The position numbers and the translations under genes are program-made. 64,000 bases of DNA. It comes from a virus. Every line of letters begins with the position of its first letter. The stretch's first letter is position 1. Location: IMG/VR virus record IMGVR_UViG_3300005264_000008, positions 18,229 to 82,228 of that record. One strand, given 5' to 3'. This document shows, one piece after another, positions 62,899 through 64,000 of the stretch. The notes beneath the pieces are model-generated. The model searched no databases and was not told where the DNA came from. It was given only the letters and a program-made list of their open reading frames with translations.

Positions 62899-62971
62899 TG
62901 GGAAATAATGGAATCGAACCATTGTCATATGGATGTAAACCATATATTCTGAACCGCTGAACTAATTTCCC
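62899..62971 (-). tRNA. tRNA-Val(TAC)
   Basis: GGGAAAT/ATTTCCC; TATGG-TTTACAT-CCATA. Confidence 0.88.
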
Positions 62972-62986
62972 ATAATTTTTTTATTG

Positions 62987-63067
62987 TAGCGGATACAGGA
63001 CTCGAACTCGTGAGACTTTCGCAATAGCTTATGATGCAATCTAGTTACCAACTACTGACAATCCGCA
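62987..63067 (-). tRNA. tRNA-Met(CAT), initiator-like 1:72 mismatch, atypical
   Basis: GCGGAT/ATCCGC, loop ATCATAA, enlarged variable region. Confidence 0.6.
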
Positions 63068-63081
63068 ATATTATTGATTTA

Positions 63082-63161
63082 AGATAGTCGTGGGAATCGA
63101 ACCCACATTTTCAGTTCCAATTACACGTACCAATTTAGAAGATTGGTGTGACTACACTACC
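63082..63161 (-). ncRNA. tRNA-like RNA without a D arm (anticodon TCT)
   Basis: GGTAGT/ACTATC acceptor; ACCAAT-CTTCTAA-ATTGGT; 22-nt variable region; GTGGG-TTCGATT-CCCAC. Confidence 0.65.
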
Positions 63162-63173
63162 AAATTATAAATG

Positions 63174-63247
63174 TGAACCAAGTGGGATTCGAACCCACGA
63201 CCTCCGCATTAAAAGTGCGATGCTCTAACCAGCTGAGCTACTGGTTC
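63174..63247 (-). tRNA. tRNA-Lys(TTT)
   Basis: Canonical cloverleaf, loop CTTTTAA. Confidence 0.93.
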
Positions 63248-63277
63248 AATATGTTTTAATTCATAAAACAAATTTTG

Positions 63278-63349
63278 CTCACTCAGATGGGTTCGAACCA
63301 TCGACCTACTGGTTAACAGCCAGTTGCTCTACCACTGAGCTACGAGTGA
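63278..63349 (-). tRNA. tRNA-Asn(GTT)
   Basis: Canonical cloverleaf, loop CTGTTAA. Confidence 0.93.
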
Positions 63350-63492
63350 ATTTTTTATGGATACTTTATCAATGCATTGCAAAAATCACTAAGCATGTAT
63401 ACGTCAATTTCTCCATTTGGTTATTTACTACTATCAAGTTGATTAAACAATAAGATTCCATAACCAATATTTTTATATGAACGGATTTATTG

Positions 63493-63566
63493 TACTCCCA
63501 ATGAGGCTCGAACTCATAATCTCCACCGTGAAAGGGTGACGACTTAGCCAATTTGTCCATAGGAGC
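63493..63566 (-). tRNA. tRNA-Glu(TTC)
   Basis: Canonical cloverleaf, loop CTTTCAC. Confidence 0.9.
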
Positions 63567-63572
63567 ATATAA

Positions 63573-63886
63573 CAGATGACAAGCGTTTTCAATTTACAAA
63601 TTTGATGCTTTTAATTGCTGTACGTCATCTTATTCAGTTCTTTTTTTTTGTTGTTGGAATAACATCCTTCCTTGCGTTTGTGTGTTTTTTACAAATAAAT
63701 TACTTTATTTTCATCTATTTTTTATCCACACATCATTTTGTATTTTCTCCCTTTTATTATAACAGATGATTATTTTTTTGCTACCATTGCGTTTTTTTGA
63801 GTTGCTGTTAATCATCTTATTCATGTTACTATTTATTGTTTTTTTTTTGAAAAAAATTTTGTTTTATATTTGCTGTTAGTAACATT
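63573..63886 (-). ncRNA. three small ACAGCAA stem RNAs (63573-63631, 63763-63818, 63822-63886)
   Basis: Each has a 7-8 bp terminal stem with covariation and ACAGCAA just after the 5' strand. Confidence 0.6.
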
Positions 63887-64000
63887 ATTTCAGTTCTTTT
63901 TTTTGTTGTTGGAATAACATCCTTCCTTGCGTTTGTGTGTTTTTTACAAATAAATTACTTTATTTTCATCTATTTTTTATCCACACATCATTTTGTATTT
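63633..64000. repeat. ~112-bp direct repeat (63633-63745 and 63889-64000; second copy cut by the window end)
   Basis: Identical except for one T in a homopolymer run. Confidence 0.9.

Noticed and set aside
63369-63560. 63-aa ORF on the minus strand
   Set aside because: It starts inside tRNA-Glu and is a translation of the tRNA sequence.
1-64000. Genome-wide TAG reassignment (code 15)
   Set aside because: Long core genes are intact under code 11. TAG ends several genes (11511, 25585, 27658, 49014, 53075), and only one suspicious internal TAG exists.
63573-64000. CRISPR array in the terminal repeats
   Set aside because: The repeats are 112 bp or have covarying stems; there is no regular 25-45 bp repeat-spacer period.

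Overview
A 64 kb piece of a very AT-rich, large T4-superfamily-like myovirus, possibly a jumbo phage. TAnnTTTG promoters suggest a Bacteroidota host. The genetic code is standard. Recognisable genes: gp55-like sigma factor, primase, helicase, clamp loader subunits, SbcD/SbcC interrupted by one in-frame TAG, class II ribonucleotide reductase with a LAGLIDADG intein, topoisomerase II B-like subunit, SNF2 helicase, GroEL and GroES, terminase, tail sheath, baseplate proteins, CCA-adding enzyme, five DNA methyltransferases and 8 conventional tRNAs. Five patterns are not explained by these annotations. (1) Several dispersed integron-like cassette arrays: ORFs are bracketed by matching GTT/AAC core sites and attC-like palindromes, and two arrays end at the same ~70-bp element. 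(2) At least 10 otherwise unrelated proteins share an N-terminal MKLTKKQLTEII.E...LNE leader, a possible capsid-packaging and protease-release tag. (3) Three divergent methyltransferases end in the same NNLFNF tail, echoed on the sigma factor, a possible sliding-clamp tether. (4) Odd tRNA-like RNAs: a perfect acceptor/T-arm minihelix and a tRNA lacking a D arm. (5) Three small RNAs with an ACAGCAA motif and covarying stems. All functional calls come from motif recognition by eye; no searches were run.
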